Below are positions 23,870-38,400 of a stretch of 64,000 nucleotides of DNA, piece after piece (position 1 is the stretch's first letter; the number at the start of each line of letters is the position of its first letter). The DNA lies in assembly GCA_043228905.1 (NCBI GenBank), contig JBHGNT010000008.1, positions 1 through 64,000 on the forward strand, written 5' to 3'. The translations under genes were made by a program, and so were the position numbers. The DNA is from Azolla caroliniana (taxonomy: Eukaryota; Plantae; Polypodiophyta). A model generated the notes under the pieces. That model was not told the origin of the DNA and searched no databases. It saw only the letters and a list, made by a program, of their open reading frames with translations.

Positions 23870-25330
23870 CGAGACTAAATTAAAATGTTCATACCTGGCG
23901 CATGTGATATCGGATCTTAGTGTTCAAACATACGAATCGAAGCTAACAAGGCTAGCTATGATATGGAATTTAAAAATCAAGGTTTTGAAACTCAGGTCGA
24001 GAGACATGAAGAAATTGCCAAATTAGAGGAGGGAGTAGAGAAGAGCCCGAGAGTAAATTAAATTGTTTAGACTTGGCCAATGTGATATCGGATTTGAGTG
24101 CTTAAACATGCGAATGGAAGCTAACAAAGCTACCTATGATATGGAATAAAAAATCAAGATTTTCAAATTCACGTCGAGAGACATGAAGAAATTACCAAAT
24201 TAGAGGAGGGAGTTGAGAAGAGCGCGTGAGTAAATTAAAATGGTCATACCTGGCCCATGTGATATCGGATTTTAGTGTTCAAATATGAGAATCGAAGATA
24301 ACAAAGGTACCTATGATATGGAATTAAAAAATCAAGATTTTGAAACTCAGGTCGAGAGACATGAAGAAATTACCCAATTTGAGGAGGGAGTTGAGAAGAG
24401 CCCGAGAGTAAATTAAAATGTTCATACCTGGTCCATGTGATATAGGATTTTAGTGTTCAAACATACGAATTGAAGCTAACAAGGCTAGCTATGATATGGA
24501 ATTTAAAAATCAAGGTTTTGAAACTCAGGTTGAGAGACATAAAGAAATTCCCAAATTAGAGGAGGGAGTAGAGAGGAGCCCGAGACTAAATTAAAATGTT
24601 CATACCTGGCGCATGTGATATCGGATTTTAGTGTTCAAACATACGAATCGAAGCTAACAAGGCTAGCTATGATATGGAATTTAAAAATCAAGGTTTTGAA
24701 ACTCAGGTCGAGAGACATGAAGAAATTGCCAAATTAGAGGAGGGAGTAGAGAAGAGCCCGAGAGTAAATTAAATTGTTTAGACTTGGCCAATGTGATATC
24801 GGATTTGAGTGCTTAAACATGCGAATGGAAGCTAACAAAGCTACCTATGATATGGAATAAAAAATCAAGATTTTCAAATTCACGTCGAGAGACATGAAGA
24901 AATTACCAAATTAGAGGAGGGAGTTGAGAAGAGCGCGTGAGTAAATTAAAATGGTCATACCTGGCCCATGTGATATCCGATTTTAGTGTTCAAATATGAG
25001 AATCGAAGATAACAAAGGTACCTATGATATGGAATTAAAAAATCAAGATTTTGAAACTCAGGTCGAGAGACATGAAGAAATTACCCAATTTGAGGAGGGA
25101 GTTGAGAAGAGCCCGAGAGTAAATTAAAATGTTCATACCTGGTCCATGTGATATAGGATTTTAGTGTTCAAACATACGAATTGAAGCTAACAAGGCTAGC
25201 TATGATATGGAATTTAAAAATCAAGGTTTTGAAACTCAGGTTGAGAGACATAAAGAAATTCCCAAATTAGAGGAGGGAGTAGAGAGGAGCCCGAGACTAA
25301 ATTAAAATGTTCATACCTGGCGCATGTGAT
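23870..25330 (+). repeat. 4-monomer (711-bp) tandem duplication
   Basis: AATTGTTTAGAC at 24061 and 24772; GAGTGCTTAAAC and GATATAGGATT recur at the same offset. Boundaries approximate. Confidence 0.85.
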
Positions 25331-26489
25331 ATCGGATTTTAGTGTTCAAACATACGAATCGAAGCTAACAAGGCTAGTTATGATATGGAATTAATAAATC
25401 AAGGTTTTGAAACTCAGGTCGAGAGATATGAAGAAATTACAAAATTTGAGGAGAAAGTTGAGAAGAGCGCGTGAGTAAATTAAAATGTTCATACCTGGCC
25501 CATGTGATATGGGATTTTAGTGTTCAAACATACGAATCGAAGCTAACAAGGCTAGCTATGATATGGAATTAGAAAATGAAGGTTTTGAAACTCAGGTCGA
25601 GAGACATGAAGAAATTAAAAAATTAGAGGAGGGAGTAGGGAAGAGGCCGAGAGTAAATTAAAATGTTCATACCTGGCCCATGTGATATCGGATTTTAGTG
25701 TTCAAATATGAGAATCAAAGCTAACAAAGCTAGCTATCATATGCAATTAAAAAATCAAGATTTTGAAAATCAGGTCGAGAGACATGAAGAAATTACCAAA
25801 TTTGAGGAGGGAGTTGAGAAGAGGGCGTGAGTAAATTAAAATGTTCATACCTGGCCCATGTGATATCCGATTTTAGTGTTCAAACATACGAATCGAAGCT
25901 AACAAGGCTAGCTATGATATAGAATTAAAAAATCAAGATTTTGTAACTCAGGTTGAGAGACATGAAGAAATTCCCAAATTAGAGGAGGGAGTAGAGAAGA
26001 GCCCGAGAGTAAATTAAAATGTTTAGACCTGGCCCATGTGATATCGGATTTTAGTGTTTAAACATTGGAATCGAAAATAACAACGCAAGCTATGATATGG
26101 AATTAAAAAATCTGGATTTTGAAACTCACGTCGAGAGACATGAAGAAATTACCCAATTTGAGGAGGGAGTTGAGAAGAGCCCGATCGTAAATTAAAATGT
26201 TCATAGCTGGCCCATGTGATATCCGATTTTAGTGTTCAAACATACGATTCGAAGCTAACAAGGCTAGCTATGATATGGAATTAAAAAATCAAGGTTTTGA
26301 AACTCAGGTTGAGAGACATAAAGAAATTCCCAAATTAGAGGAGGGAGTAGAGAAGAGCCCGAGAGTAAATTAAAATGTTTAGACCTGGCCCATGTGATAT
26401 CGGATTTTCGTGTTCAAATATGCGAATCGAAGCTAACAATGCGAGCTATGATATCGAATTAAAAAATCAAGATTTTGAATTTCGGGTCG

Positions 26490-29400
26490 AGAGACATGAA
26501 GAAATTCCCGAATTAGAGGAGGGAGTAGAGAAGAGCCCAAGAGTAAATTAAAATGTTTAGACTTGGCCAATGTGATATCGGATTTTAGTGTTTAAACATT
26601 GGAATCGAAGCTAACAACGCAAGCTATGATATGGAATTAAAAAATCAAGATTTTGAAACTCACGTCGAGAGACATGAAGAAATTACACAATTTGAGGAGG
26701 GAGTTGAGAAGAGCCCGAGAGTAAATTAAAATGTTTAGACCTGGCCCATGTGATATCGGATTTTAGTGTTCAAACATACGAGTCGAAGCTAACAAAGGTA
26801 CCTATGATATGGAATTAAAAAATCAAGGTTTTGAAACTCAGGTCGAAAGACATGAAGAAATTACCAAATTAGAGGAGGGAGTTGAGGAGAGCCCGAGAGT
26901 AAATTAAAATGTTCATACCTGGCCCACGTCATATCGGATTTTAGTGTACAAACATACAAATCGAAGCTAACAAGGCTAGCTATGATATGTAATTAAAAAA
27001 TCAAGGTTTTGAAACTCAGGTCGAGAGACATGAAGAAATTACCAAATTAGAGGAGGGAGTAGAGAAGAGCCCGAGAGTAAATTAAAATGGTCATACCTGG
27101 CCCATGTGATATCGGATTTTAGTGTTCAAATATGAGAATCGAAGATAACAAAGGTACCTATGATATGGAATTAAAAAATCAAGATTTTGAAACTCAGGTC
27201 GAGAGACATGAAGAAATTACCCAATTTGAGGAGGGAGTTGAGAAGAGCCCGAGAGTAAATTAAAATGTTCATACCTGGTCCATGTGATATCGGATTTTAG
27301 TGTTCAAACATACGAATCGAAGCTAACAAGGCTAGCTATGATATCGAATTAAAAAATCAAGGTTTTGAAACTCAGGTCGAGAGACATGAAGAAATTACCA
27401 AATTAGAGGAGGGAGTAGAGAAGAGGCCGAGAGTAAATTAAAATGTTCATACCTGGCCCATGTGATATCGGATTTTAGTGTTCAAATATGAGAATCGAAG
27501 CTAATAAAGGTACCCATGATATGGAATTAAAAAATCAAGATTTTGAATCTCAGGTCGAGAGACATGAAGAAATTACCATATTTTAGGAGGGAGTTGAGAA
27601 GAGCCCGAGAGTAAATTAAAATGTTCATACCTGGCCCACGTGATATCGGATTTTAGTGTTCCAACATACGAATCGAAGCTAACAAGGCTAGCTATGATAT
27701 GTAATTAAAAAATCAAGGTTTTGAAACTCAGGTCGAGAGACATGAAGAAATTACCAAATTAGAGGAGGGAGTAGAGAAGAGGCCGAGAGTAAATTAAAAT
27801 GGTCATACCTGGCCCATGTGATATCGGATTTTAGTGTTCAAATATAAGAATCGAAGCTAACAAAGGTACCTATGATATGGAATTAGAAAATCAAGATTTT
27901 GAAACTCAGGTCGAGAGACATGCAGAAATTACCCAATTTGAGGAGGGAGTTGAGTAGAGCCCGAGAGTAAATTAAAATGTTCATACCTGGTCCATGTGAT
28001 ATCGGATTTTAGTGTTCAAACATACGAATTGAAGCTAACAAGGCTAGCTATGATATCGAATTAAAAAATCAAGGTTTTGAAACTCAGGTCGAGAGACATG
28101 AAGAAATTACCAAATTAGAGGCGGGAGTAGAGAAGATCCCGAGAGTAAGTTAAAATGTTCATACCTGGCCCACGTGATATCGGCTTTTAGTGTTCAAACA
28201 TACGAATCGAAGCTAACAATGGGAGCTATGTTATGGATTTCGAAAATCAACATTTTGAAACTCAGGTCAAGAGACATGAAGAAATTCCCGACTTAGAGGA
28301 GAGAGTAGAGAAGAGGCCGAGAGTAAATTAAAATGTTCATACCTCGCCCATGTGATATCGGATTTTAGTGTTTAAATATGAGAATCGAAGCTAACAAAGG
28401 TACCCATGATATGGAATTAAAAAATCAAGATTTTGAATCTCAGGTCGAGAGACATGACGAAATTACCCAATTTGAGGAGGGAGTTGAGAAGAGCCCGAGC
28501 GTACATTAAAATATTCATACCTGGCCCACGTGATATCGGATTTTAGTGTTCAAACAAACAATTCGAAGCTAACAAGGCTAGCTATGATATGGAATTAAAA
28601 AATCAAGCTTTTGAAACTCAGGTCGAGAGACATGAAGAAATTACCAAATTAGAGGAGGGAGTAGAGAAGAGGCCGAGAGTAAATTAAAATGGTCATACCT
28701 GGCCCATGTGATATCGGATTTTAGTGTTCAAATATGAGAATCGAAGATAACAAAGGTACCTATGATATGGAATTAAAAAATCAAGATTTTGAAACTCAGG
28801 TCGAGAGACATGAAAAATTACCCAATTTGAGGAGGGAATTGAGAAGAGCCCGAGAGTAAATTAAAATGTTCATACCTGGTCCATGTGATATCGGATTTTA
28901 GTGTTCAAACATACGAATTGAAGCTAACAAGGCTAGCTATGATATCGAATTAAAATATCAAGGTTTTGAAACTCAGGTCGAGAGACATGAAGAAATTACC
29001 AAATTAGAGGAGGGAGTAGAGAAGAGGCCGAGAGTAAATTAAAATGTTCATACCTGGCCCATGTGATATCGGATTTTAGTGTTCAAATATGAGAATCGAA
29101 GCTAATAAAGGTACCCATGATATGGAATTAAAAAATCAAGATTTTGAATCTCAGGTCGAGAGACATGAAGAAATTACCATATTTGAGGAGGGAGTTCAGA
29201 AGAGCCCGAGAGTAAATTAAAATGTTCATACCTGGTCCATGTGATATCGGATTTTAGTGTTCAAGTATGAGAATCGAAGCTAACAAAGCTAGCTATCATC
29301 TGGAATTAAAAAATCAAGATTTTGAAAATCAGGTCGAGAGACATGAAGAAATTACCAAATTTGAGGAGGGAGTTGAGAAGAGCGCGTGAGTAAATTAAAA

Positions 29401-32400
29401 TGTTCATACCTGGCCCATGTGATATCCCATTTTAGTGTTCAAATATACGAATCGAAGCTAACAAGGCTAGCTATGATATGGAATTAAAAAATCAAGGTTT
29501 TGAAACTCAGGTCGAGAGACATGAAGAAATTACCAAATTAGAGGAGGGAGTAGAGAAGAGGCCGAGAGTAAATTCAAATGGTCATACCTGGCCCATGTGA
29601 TATCCGATTTTAGTGTTCAAACATTTGAATTGAAGCTAACAAGGCTAGCTATGATATGGAATTAAAAAATCTAGGTTTTGAAACTCAGGTCGAGAGACAT
29701 GAAGAAATTGCCAAATTAGAGGAGGGAGTAGAGAAGAGCCCGAGAGTAAATTAAAATGTTTAGACTTGGCCAATGTGATATCGGATTTGAGTGTTTAAAC
29801 ATGCGAATGGAAGCTAACAAAGCTACCTATGATATGGAATAAAAAATCAAGATTTTCAAACTCACGTCGAGAGACATGAAGAAATTACCAAATTTGAGGA
29901 GGGAGTTGAGAAGAGCGCGTGAGTAAATTAAAATGTTCATACCTGGCCCATGTGATATAAGATTTTAGTGTTCAAACATGCGAATCGAAGCTAACAAGGC
30001 TAGCTATGATATCGAATTAAAAAATCAAGGTTTTGAAACTCAGGTCGAGAGACATGAAGAAATTACCCAATTTGAGGAGGGAGTTGAGAAGAGCCCGATC
30101 ATAAATTAAAATGTTCATAGCTGGCCCATGTGATATCCGATTTTAGTGTTCAAACATACGATTCGAAGCTAACAAGGCTAGCTATGATATGGAATTAAAA
30201 AATCAAGGTTTTGAAACTCAGGTTGAGAGACATAAAGAAATTCCCAAATTAGAGGAGGGAGTAGAGAGGAGCCCGAGAGTAAATTAAAATGTTTATACGT
30301 GGCCCATGTGATATCGGATTTTAGTGTTCAAATATGCGAATCGAAGCTAACAAAGGTACCTATGATATGGAATTAAAAAATCAAGCTTCTAAAATCAGGT
30401 CGAGAGACATGAAGAAATTACCAAATTAGAGGAGGGAGTTGAGAAGAGCGCGTGAGTAAATTAAAATGTTTATACGTGGCCCATGTGATATCGGATTTTA
30501 GTGTTCAAATATGCCAATCGAAGCTAACAAAGGTACCTATGATATGGAATTAAAAAATGAAGCTTCTGAAAATCAGGTCGAGAGACATGAAGAAATTACC
30601 AAATTAGAGGAGGGAGTTGAGAAGAGCGCGTGAGTAAATTAAAATGTTCATACCTGGCCCATCTGATATCGGATTTTAGTGTTCAAATATGCGAATCGAA
30701 GCTAACAAAGGTACCTCTGACAGGAGGGAGTAGAGAGGAGCCCGACAGTAAATTAAAATGTTCATACCTGGCCCATGTGATATCGGATTTTAGTGTTTAA
30801 ATATGCGAATGGAAGCTAACAATACGAGCTATGTTATGGAATTAAAAAATCAAGATTTTGAAACTCAGGTCGAGAGACATGAAGCAATTCCCAAATTAGA
30901 GGAGGGAGTAGAGAAGAGGCCGAGAGTAAATTAAAATGTTCATACCTGGCCCATGTGATATCGGATTTTAGTGTTCAAATATGAGAATCGAAGCTAACAA
31001 AGGTACCTATGATATGGAATTAAAAAATCAAGATTTTGAAACTCAGGTCGAGAGACATGAAGACATCCCCAAATTAGAGGAGGGAGTAGAGAGGAGCCCG
31101 AGACTAAATTAAAATCTTCATACCTGGCCCATGTGATATCGGATTTTAGTGTTCAAACATACGAATCGAAGCTAACAAGGCTAGCTATGATATGGAATTA
31201 GAAAATCAAGGTTTTGAAACTCAGGTCGAGAGACATGAAGAAATTCCCGAACTAGAGGAGGGAGTAGAGAAGAGCCCAAGAGTAAATTAAAATGTTTAGA
31301 CTTGGCCAATGTGATATCGGATTTTAGTGTTTAAACATTGGAATCGAAGCTAACAACGCAAGCTATGATATGGAATTAAAAAATCAAGATTTTGAAACTC
31401 ACGTCGAGAGACATGAAGAAATTACCCAATTTGAGGAGGGAGTTCAGAAGAGCCCGAGAGTAAATTAAAATGTGTAGACCTGGCCCATGTGATATCGGAT
31501 TTTAGTGTTCAAACATACGAATCGAAGCTAACAAGGCTAGCTATGATATTGAATTAAAAAATCAAGCTCTTAAAACTCACGTCGAGAGACATGAAGAAAT
31601 TACTAAATTTGAGGAGGGAGTTGAGAAGAGCCCGAGAGTAAATTAAAATGTTCATACCTGCCCATGTGATATCGGATTTTAGTGTTCAAACATGCGAATC
31701 GAGGCTAACAACGCTAGCTATGACATGGAATGAAAAAATCAAGATTTTGGAATTTGCAAATTAGAGGAGGGAGTAGATAAGAGCCCGAGAGTAAATTAAA
31801 ACGTTTAGACCTGGCCCATGTGATATCGGATTTTAGTGTTTAAACATGCGAATCGAAGCTAACAAAGGTACCTATGATATGCAATTAAAAAATCAAGATT
31901 TTGGAACTCAGGTCGAGAGATATGACAAAATTACCAAATTTGAGGAGGGAGTTGAGAAGAGCGCGTGAGTAAATTAAAATGTTCAAACCTGGCCCATGTG
32001 ATATAGAATTTTAGTGTTCAAACATGAGAATCGAAGCTAACAACGCAAGCTATGATATGGAATTCCCAAATTAGAGGAGGGAGTAGAGAAGAGCCCGAGA
32101 GTAAATTAAAATGTTTAGACCTAGCCCATGTGATATCGGATTTTACTATTTAAACATGCAAATCGAAGCTAGCAAAGCTAGCTATGATATGGAATTAAAA
32201 AATCAAGATTTACAAACTCAGGTCGAGAGATATTAAGAAATTACCAAATTAGAGGAGGGAGTAGAGAGGAGCCCGAGAGTAAATTAAAATGTTCATACCT
32301 GGCCCATGTGATATCGGATTTTAGTGTTCAAATATGCGAATCGAAGCTAACAAAGGTACCTATGATATGGAATTAAAAAATCAAGCTTCTAAAATCAGGT

Positions 32401-35400
32401 CGAGAGACATGAAGAAATTACCAAATTAGAGGAGGGAGTTGAGAAGAGCGCGTGAGTAAATTAAAATGTTTATACGTGGCCCATGTGATATCGGATTTTA
32501 GTGTTCAAATATGCGAATCGAAGCTAACAAAGGTACCTATGATATGCAATTAAAAAATCAAGCTTCTGAAAATCAGGTCGAGAGACATGAAGAAATTACC
32601 AAATTAGAGGAGGGAGTTGAGAAGAGCGCGTGAGTAAATTAAAATGTTCATACCTGGCCCATCTGATATCGGATTTTAGTGTTCAAATATGCGAATCGAA
32701 GCTAACAAAGGTACCTCTGACAGGAGGGAGTAGAGAGGAGCCCGACAGTAAATTAAAATGTTCATACCTAGCCCATGTGATATCGGATTTTAGTGTTTAA
32801 ATATGCGAATGGAAGCTAACAATACGAGCTATGTTATGGAATTAAAAAATCAAGATTTTGAAACTCAGGTCGAGAGACATGAAGCAATTCCCAAATTAGA
32901 GGAGGGAGTAGAGAAGAGGCCGAGAGTAAATTAAAATGTTCATACTTGGCCCATGTGATATCGGATTTTAGTGTTCAAATATGAGAATCGAAGCTAACAA
33001 AGGTACCTATGATATGGAATTAAAAAATCAAGATTTTGAAACTCAGGTCGAGAGACATGAAGACATCCCCAAATTAGAGGAGGGAGTAGAGAGGAGCCCG
33101 AAAGTAAATTAAAATGTTCATACCTGGCCCATGTCATATCGGATATTAGTGTTCAAATATGCGAATCGAAGCTAACAAAGGTACCTATGATATGGAATTA
33201 AAAAATCAAGATTTTGAAACTCAGGTCGAGAGACATGAAGACATTCCCAAATTAGAGGAGGGAGTAGAGAGGAGCCCGAGAGTGAATTAAAATGTTCATA
33301 CCTGGCCCATGTGATATCGGATTTTAGTGTTCAAATATGCGAATCGAAGCTAACAAAGGTACCTATGATATGGAATTAAAAAATCAAGGTTTTGAAACTC
33401 AGGTCGAGAGACATGAAGAAATTACCAAATTAGAGGAGGGAGTTGAGGAGAGACCGAGAGTAAATTAAAATGTTCATACCTGGCCCACGTCATATCGGAT
33501 TTTAGTGTACAAACATACAAATCGAAGCTAACAAGGCTAGCTATGATATGTAATTAAAAAATCAAGGTTTTGAAACTCAGGTCGACAGACATGAAGAAAT
33601 TACCAAATTAGACGAGGGAGTAGAGAAGAGGCCGAGAGTAAATTAAAATGGTCATACCTGGCCAATGTGATATCGGATTTTAGTGTTCAAATATGAGAAT
33701 CGAAGATAACAAAGGTACCTATGATATGGAATTAAAAAATCAAGATTTTGACACTCAGGTCGAGAGACATGAAGAAATTACCCAATTTGAGGAGGGAGTT
33801 GAGAAGAGCCCGAGAGTAAATTAAAATGTTCACACCTGGTCCATGTGATATCGGATTTTAGTGTTCAAACATACGAATCGAAGCTAACAAGGTTAGCTAT
33901 GATATGTAATTAAAAAATCAAGGTTTTGAAACTCAGGTCGAGAGACATGAAGAAATTCCCAAATTAGAGGAGGTAGTAGAGAAGAGGCCGAGAGTAAATT
34001 AAAATAGTAATACCTGGCCCATGTGATATCCGATTTTAGTGTTCAAACATTTGAATTGAAGCTAACAAGGCTAGCTATGATATCGAATTAAAAAATCAAG
34101 GTTTTGAAACTCATGTCGAAAGACATGAAGATATTACCAAATTAGAGGAGGGAGTAGAGAAGAGGCCAAGAGTAAATTAAAATGTTCATACCTGGTCCAT
34201 GTGATATCGGATTTTAGTGTTCAAATATGGGAATCGAAGCTAACAATGCTAGCTATGTTATGGATTTCGAAAATCAAGATTTTGAAACTCAGGTCGAGAG
34301 ACATGAAGAAATTCCCAAATTAGAGGAGGGAGTAGAGAAGAGGCCAAGAGTAAATTAAAATGTTCATACCTGGCCCATGTGATATCGGATTTTAGTGTTT
34401 AAATATGAGAATCGAAGCTAACAAAGGTACCCATGATATGGAATTAAAAAATCAAGATTTTGAATCTCAGGTCGAGAGACATGACGAAATTACCCAATTT
34501 GAGGAGGGAGTTGAGAAGAGCCCGAGAGTAAATTAAAATGTTCATACCTGGCCCACGTGATATCGGATTTTATTGTTCAAACATACGAATCGAAGCTAAC
34601 AAGGATAGCTATGATATGTAATTAAAAAAGCAAGGTTTTGAAACTCAGGTCGAGAGACATGAAGAAATTTCCAAATTAGAGGAGGGAGTAGAGAAGAGGC
34701 CGAGAGTAAATTAAAATGGTCATACCTCGCCCATGTGATATCGGATTTTAGTGTTCAAATATGAGAATCAAAGCTAACAAAGGTACCTATGATATGGAAT
34801 TAAAAAATCAAGATTTTGAAACTCAGGTCGAGAGACATGAAGACATTCCCAAATTAGAGGAGGGAGTAGAGAGGAGCCCGAGAGTGAATTAAAATGTTCA
34901 TACCTGGCCCATGTGATATCGGATTTTAGTGTTCAAATATGCGAATCGAAGCTAACAAAGGTACCTATGATATGGAATTAAAAAATCAAGGTTTTGAAAC
35001 TCAGGTCGAGAGACATGAAGAAATTACCAAATTAGAGGAGGGAGTTGAGGAGAGACCGAGAGTAAATTAAAATCTTCATACCTGGCCCACGTCATATCGG
35101 ATTTTAGTGTACAAACATACAAATCGAAGCTAACAAGGCTAGCTATGATATGTAATTAAAAAATCAAGGTTTTGAAACTCAGGTCGAGAGACATGAAGAA
35201 ATTACCAAATTAGACGAGGGAGTAGAGAAGAGGCCGAGAGTAAATTAAAATGGTCATACCTGGCCAATGTGATATCGGATTTTAGTGTTCAAATATGAGA
35301 ATCGAAGATAACAAAGGTACCTATGATATGGAATTAAAAAATCAAGATTTTGACACTCAGGTCGAGAGACATGAAGAAATTACCCAATTTGAGGAGGGAG

Positions 35401-38400
35401 TTGAGAAGAGCCCGAGAGTAAATTAAAATGTTCACACCTGGTCCATGTGATATCGGATTTTAGTGTTCAAACATACGAATCGAAGCTAACAAGGTTAGCT
35501 ATGATATGTAATTAAAAAATCAAGGTTTTGAAACTCAGGTCGAGAGACATGAAGAAATTACCAAATTAGAGGAGGTAGTAGAGAAGAGGCCGAGAGTAAA
35601 TTAAAATAGTCATACCTGGCCCATGTGATATCCGATTTTAGTGTTCAAACATTTGAATTGAAGCTAACAAGGCTAGCTATGATATCGAATTAAAAAATCA
35701 AGGTTTTGAAACTCATGTCGAAAGACATGAAGACATTACCAAATTAGAGGAGGGAGTAGAGAAGAGGCCAAGAGTAAATTAAAATGTTCATACCTGGTCC
35801 ATGTGATATCGGATTTTAGTGTTCAAATATGGGAATCGAAGCTAACAATGCGAGCTATGTTATGGATTTCGAAAATCAAGATTTTGAAACTCAGGTCGAG
35901 AGACATGAAGAAATTCCCAAATTAGAGGAGGGAGTAGAGAAGAGGCCAAGAGTAAATTAAAATGTTCATACCTGGCCCATGTGATATCGGATTTTAGTGT
36001 TTAAATATGAGAATCGAAGCTAACAAAGGTACCCATGATATGGAATTAAAAAATCAAGATTTTGAATCTCAGGTCGAGAGACATGACGAAATTACCCAAT
36101 TTGAGGAGGGAGTTGAGAAGAGCCCGAGAGTAAATTAAAATGTTCATACCTGGCCCACGTGATATCGGATTTTATTGTTCAAACATACGAATCGAAGCTA
36201 ACAAGGCTAGCTATGATATGTAATTAAAAAAGCAAGGTTTTGAAACTCAGGTCGAGAGACATGAAGAAATTACCAAATTAGAGGAGGGAGTAGAGAAGAG
36301 GCCGAGAGTAAATTAAAATGGTCATACCTCGCCCATGTGATATCGGATTTTAGTGTTCAAATATGAGAATCAAAGATAACAAAGGTACCTATGATATGGA
36401 ATTAAAAAATCAAGATTTTGAAACTCAGGTCGAGAGACATGAAGAAATTACCCAATTTGAGGAGGGAGTTGAGAAGAGCCCGAGAGTAAATTAAAATGTT
36501 CATACATGGTCCATGTGATATCGGATTTTAGTGTTCAAACATACGAATTGAAGCTAACAAGGCTAGCTATGATATTGAATTAAAAAATCAAGGTTTTGAA
36601 ACTCAGGTCGAGAGACATGAAGAAATTACTAAATTAGAGGAGGGAGTAGAGAAGAGGCCAAGACTAAATTAAAATGTTCATACCTGGCCCATGTGATATC
36701 GGATTTTAGTGTTCAAATATGAGAATCGAAGCTAATAAAGGTACCCATGATATGGAATTAAAAAATCAAGATTTTGAATCTCAGGTCGAGAGACATGAAG
36801 AAATTACCATATTTTAGGAGGGAGTTGAGAAGAGCCCGAGAGTAAATTAAAATGTTCATACCTGGCCCACGTGATATCGGATTTTAGTGTTCAAACATAC
36901 GAATCGAAGCTAACAAGGCTAGCTATGATATGTAATTAAAAAATCAAGGTTTTGAAACTCAGGTCGAGAGACATGAAGAAATTACCAAATTAGAGGAGGG
37001 AGTAGAGAAGAGGCCGAGAGTAAATTAAAATGGTCATACCTGGCCCATGTGATATCGGATTTTAGTGTTCAAATATAAGAATCGAAGCTAACAAAGGTAC
37101 CTATGATATGGAATTAGAAAATCAAAATTTTGAAACTCAGGTCGAGAGACATGTAGAAATTACCCAATTTGAGGAGGGAGTTGAGAAGAGCCCGAGAGTA
37201 AATTAAAATGTTCATACCTGGTCCATGTGATATCGGATTTTAGTGTTCAAACATACGAATTGAAGCTAACAAGGCTAGCTATGATATGGAATTTAAAAAT
37301 CAAGGTTTTGAAACTCAGGTCGAGAGACATGAAGAAATTACCAAATTAGACGAGGGAGTAGAGAAGAGGCCGAGAGTAAATTAAAATGGTCATACCTGGC
37401 CCATGTGATATCGGATTTTAGTGTTCAAACATACGAATCGAAGCTAACAAGGCTAGCTATGATATGGAATTAAAAAATCAAGGTTTTGAAACTCAGGTCG
37501 AGAGACATGAAGAAATTCCCGAATTAGAGGAGGGAGTAGAGAAGAGCCCAAGAGTAAATTAAAATGTTTAGACTTGGCCAATGTGATATCGGATTTTAGT
37601 GTTTAAACATTGGAATCGAAGCTAACAACGCAAGCTATGATATGGAATTAAAAAATCAAGATTTTGAAACTCACGTCGAGAGACATGAAGAAATTACACA
37701 ATTTGAGGAGGGAGTTGAGAAGAGCCCGAGAGTAAATTAAAATGTTTAGACCTGGCCCATGTGATATCGGATTTTAGTGTTCAAACATACGAATCGAAGC
37801 TAACAAAGGTACCTATGATATGGAATTAAAAAATCAAGGTTTTGAAACTCAGGTCGAAAGACATGAAGAAATTACCAAATTAGAGGAGGGAGTTGAGGAG
37901 AGCCCGAGAGTAAATTAAAATGTTCATACCTGGCCCACGTCATATCGGATTTTAGTGTACAAACATACAAATCGAAGCTAACAAGGCTAGCTATGATATG
38001 TAATTAAAAAATCAAGGTTTTGAAACTCAGGTCGAGAGACATGAAGAAATTACCAAATTAGAGGAGGGAGTAGAGAAGAGCCCGAGAGTAAATTAAAATG
38101 GTCATACCTGGCCCATGTGATATCGGATTTTAGTGTTCAAATATGAGAATCGAAGATAACAAAGGTACCTATGATATAGAATTAAAAAATCAAGATTTTG
38201 AAACTCAGGTCGAGAGACATGAAGAAATTACCCAATTTGAGGAGGGAGTTGAGAAGAGCCCGAGAGTAAATTAAAATGTTCATACCTGGTCCATGTGATA
38301 TCGGATTTTAGTGTTCAAACATACGAATCGAAGCTAACAAGGCTAGCTATGATATCGAATTAAAAAATCAAGGTTTTGAAACTCAGGTCGAGAGACATGA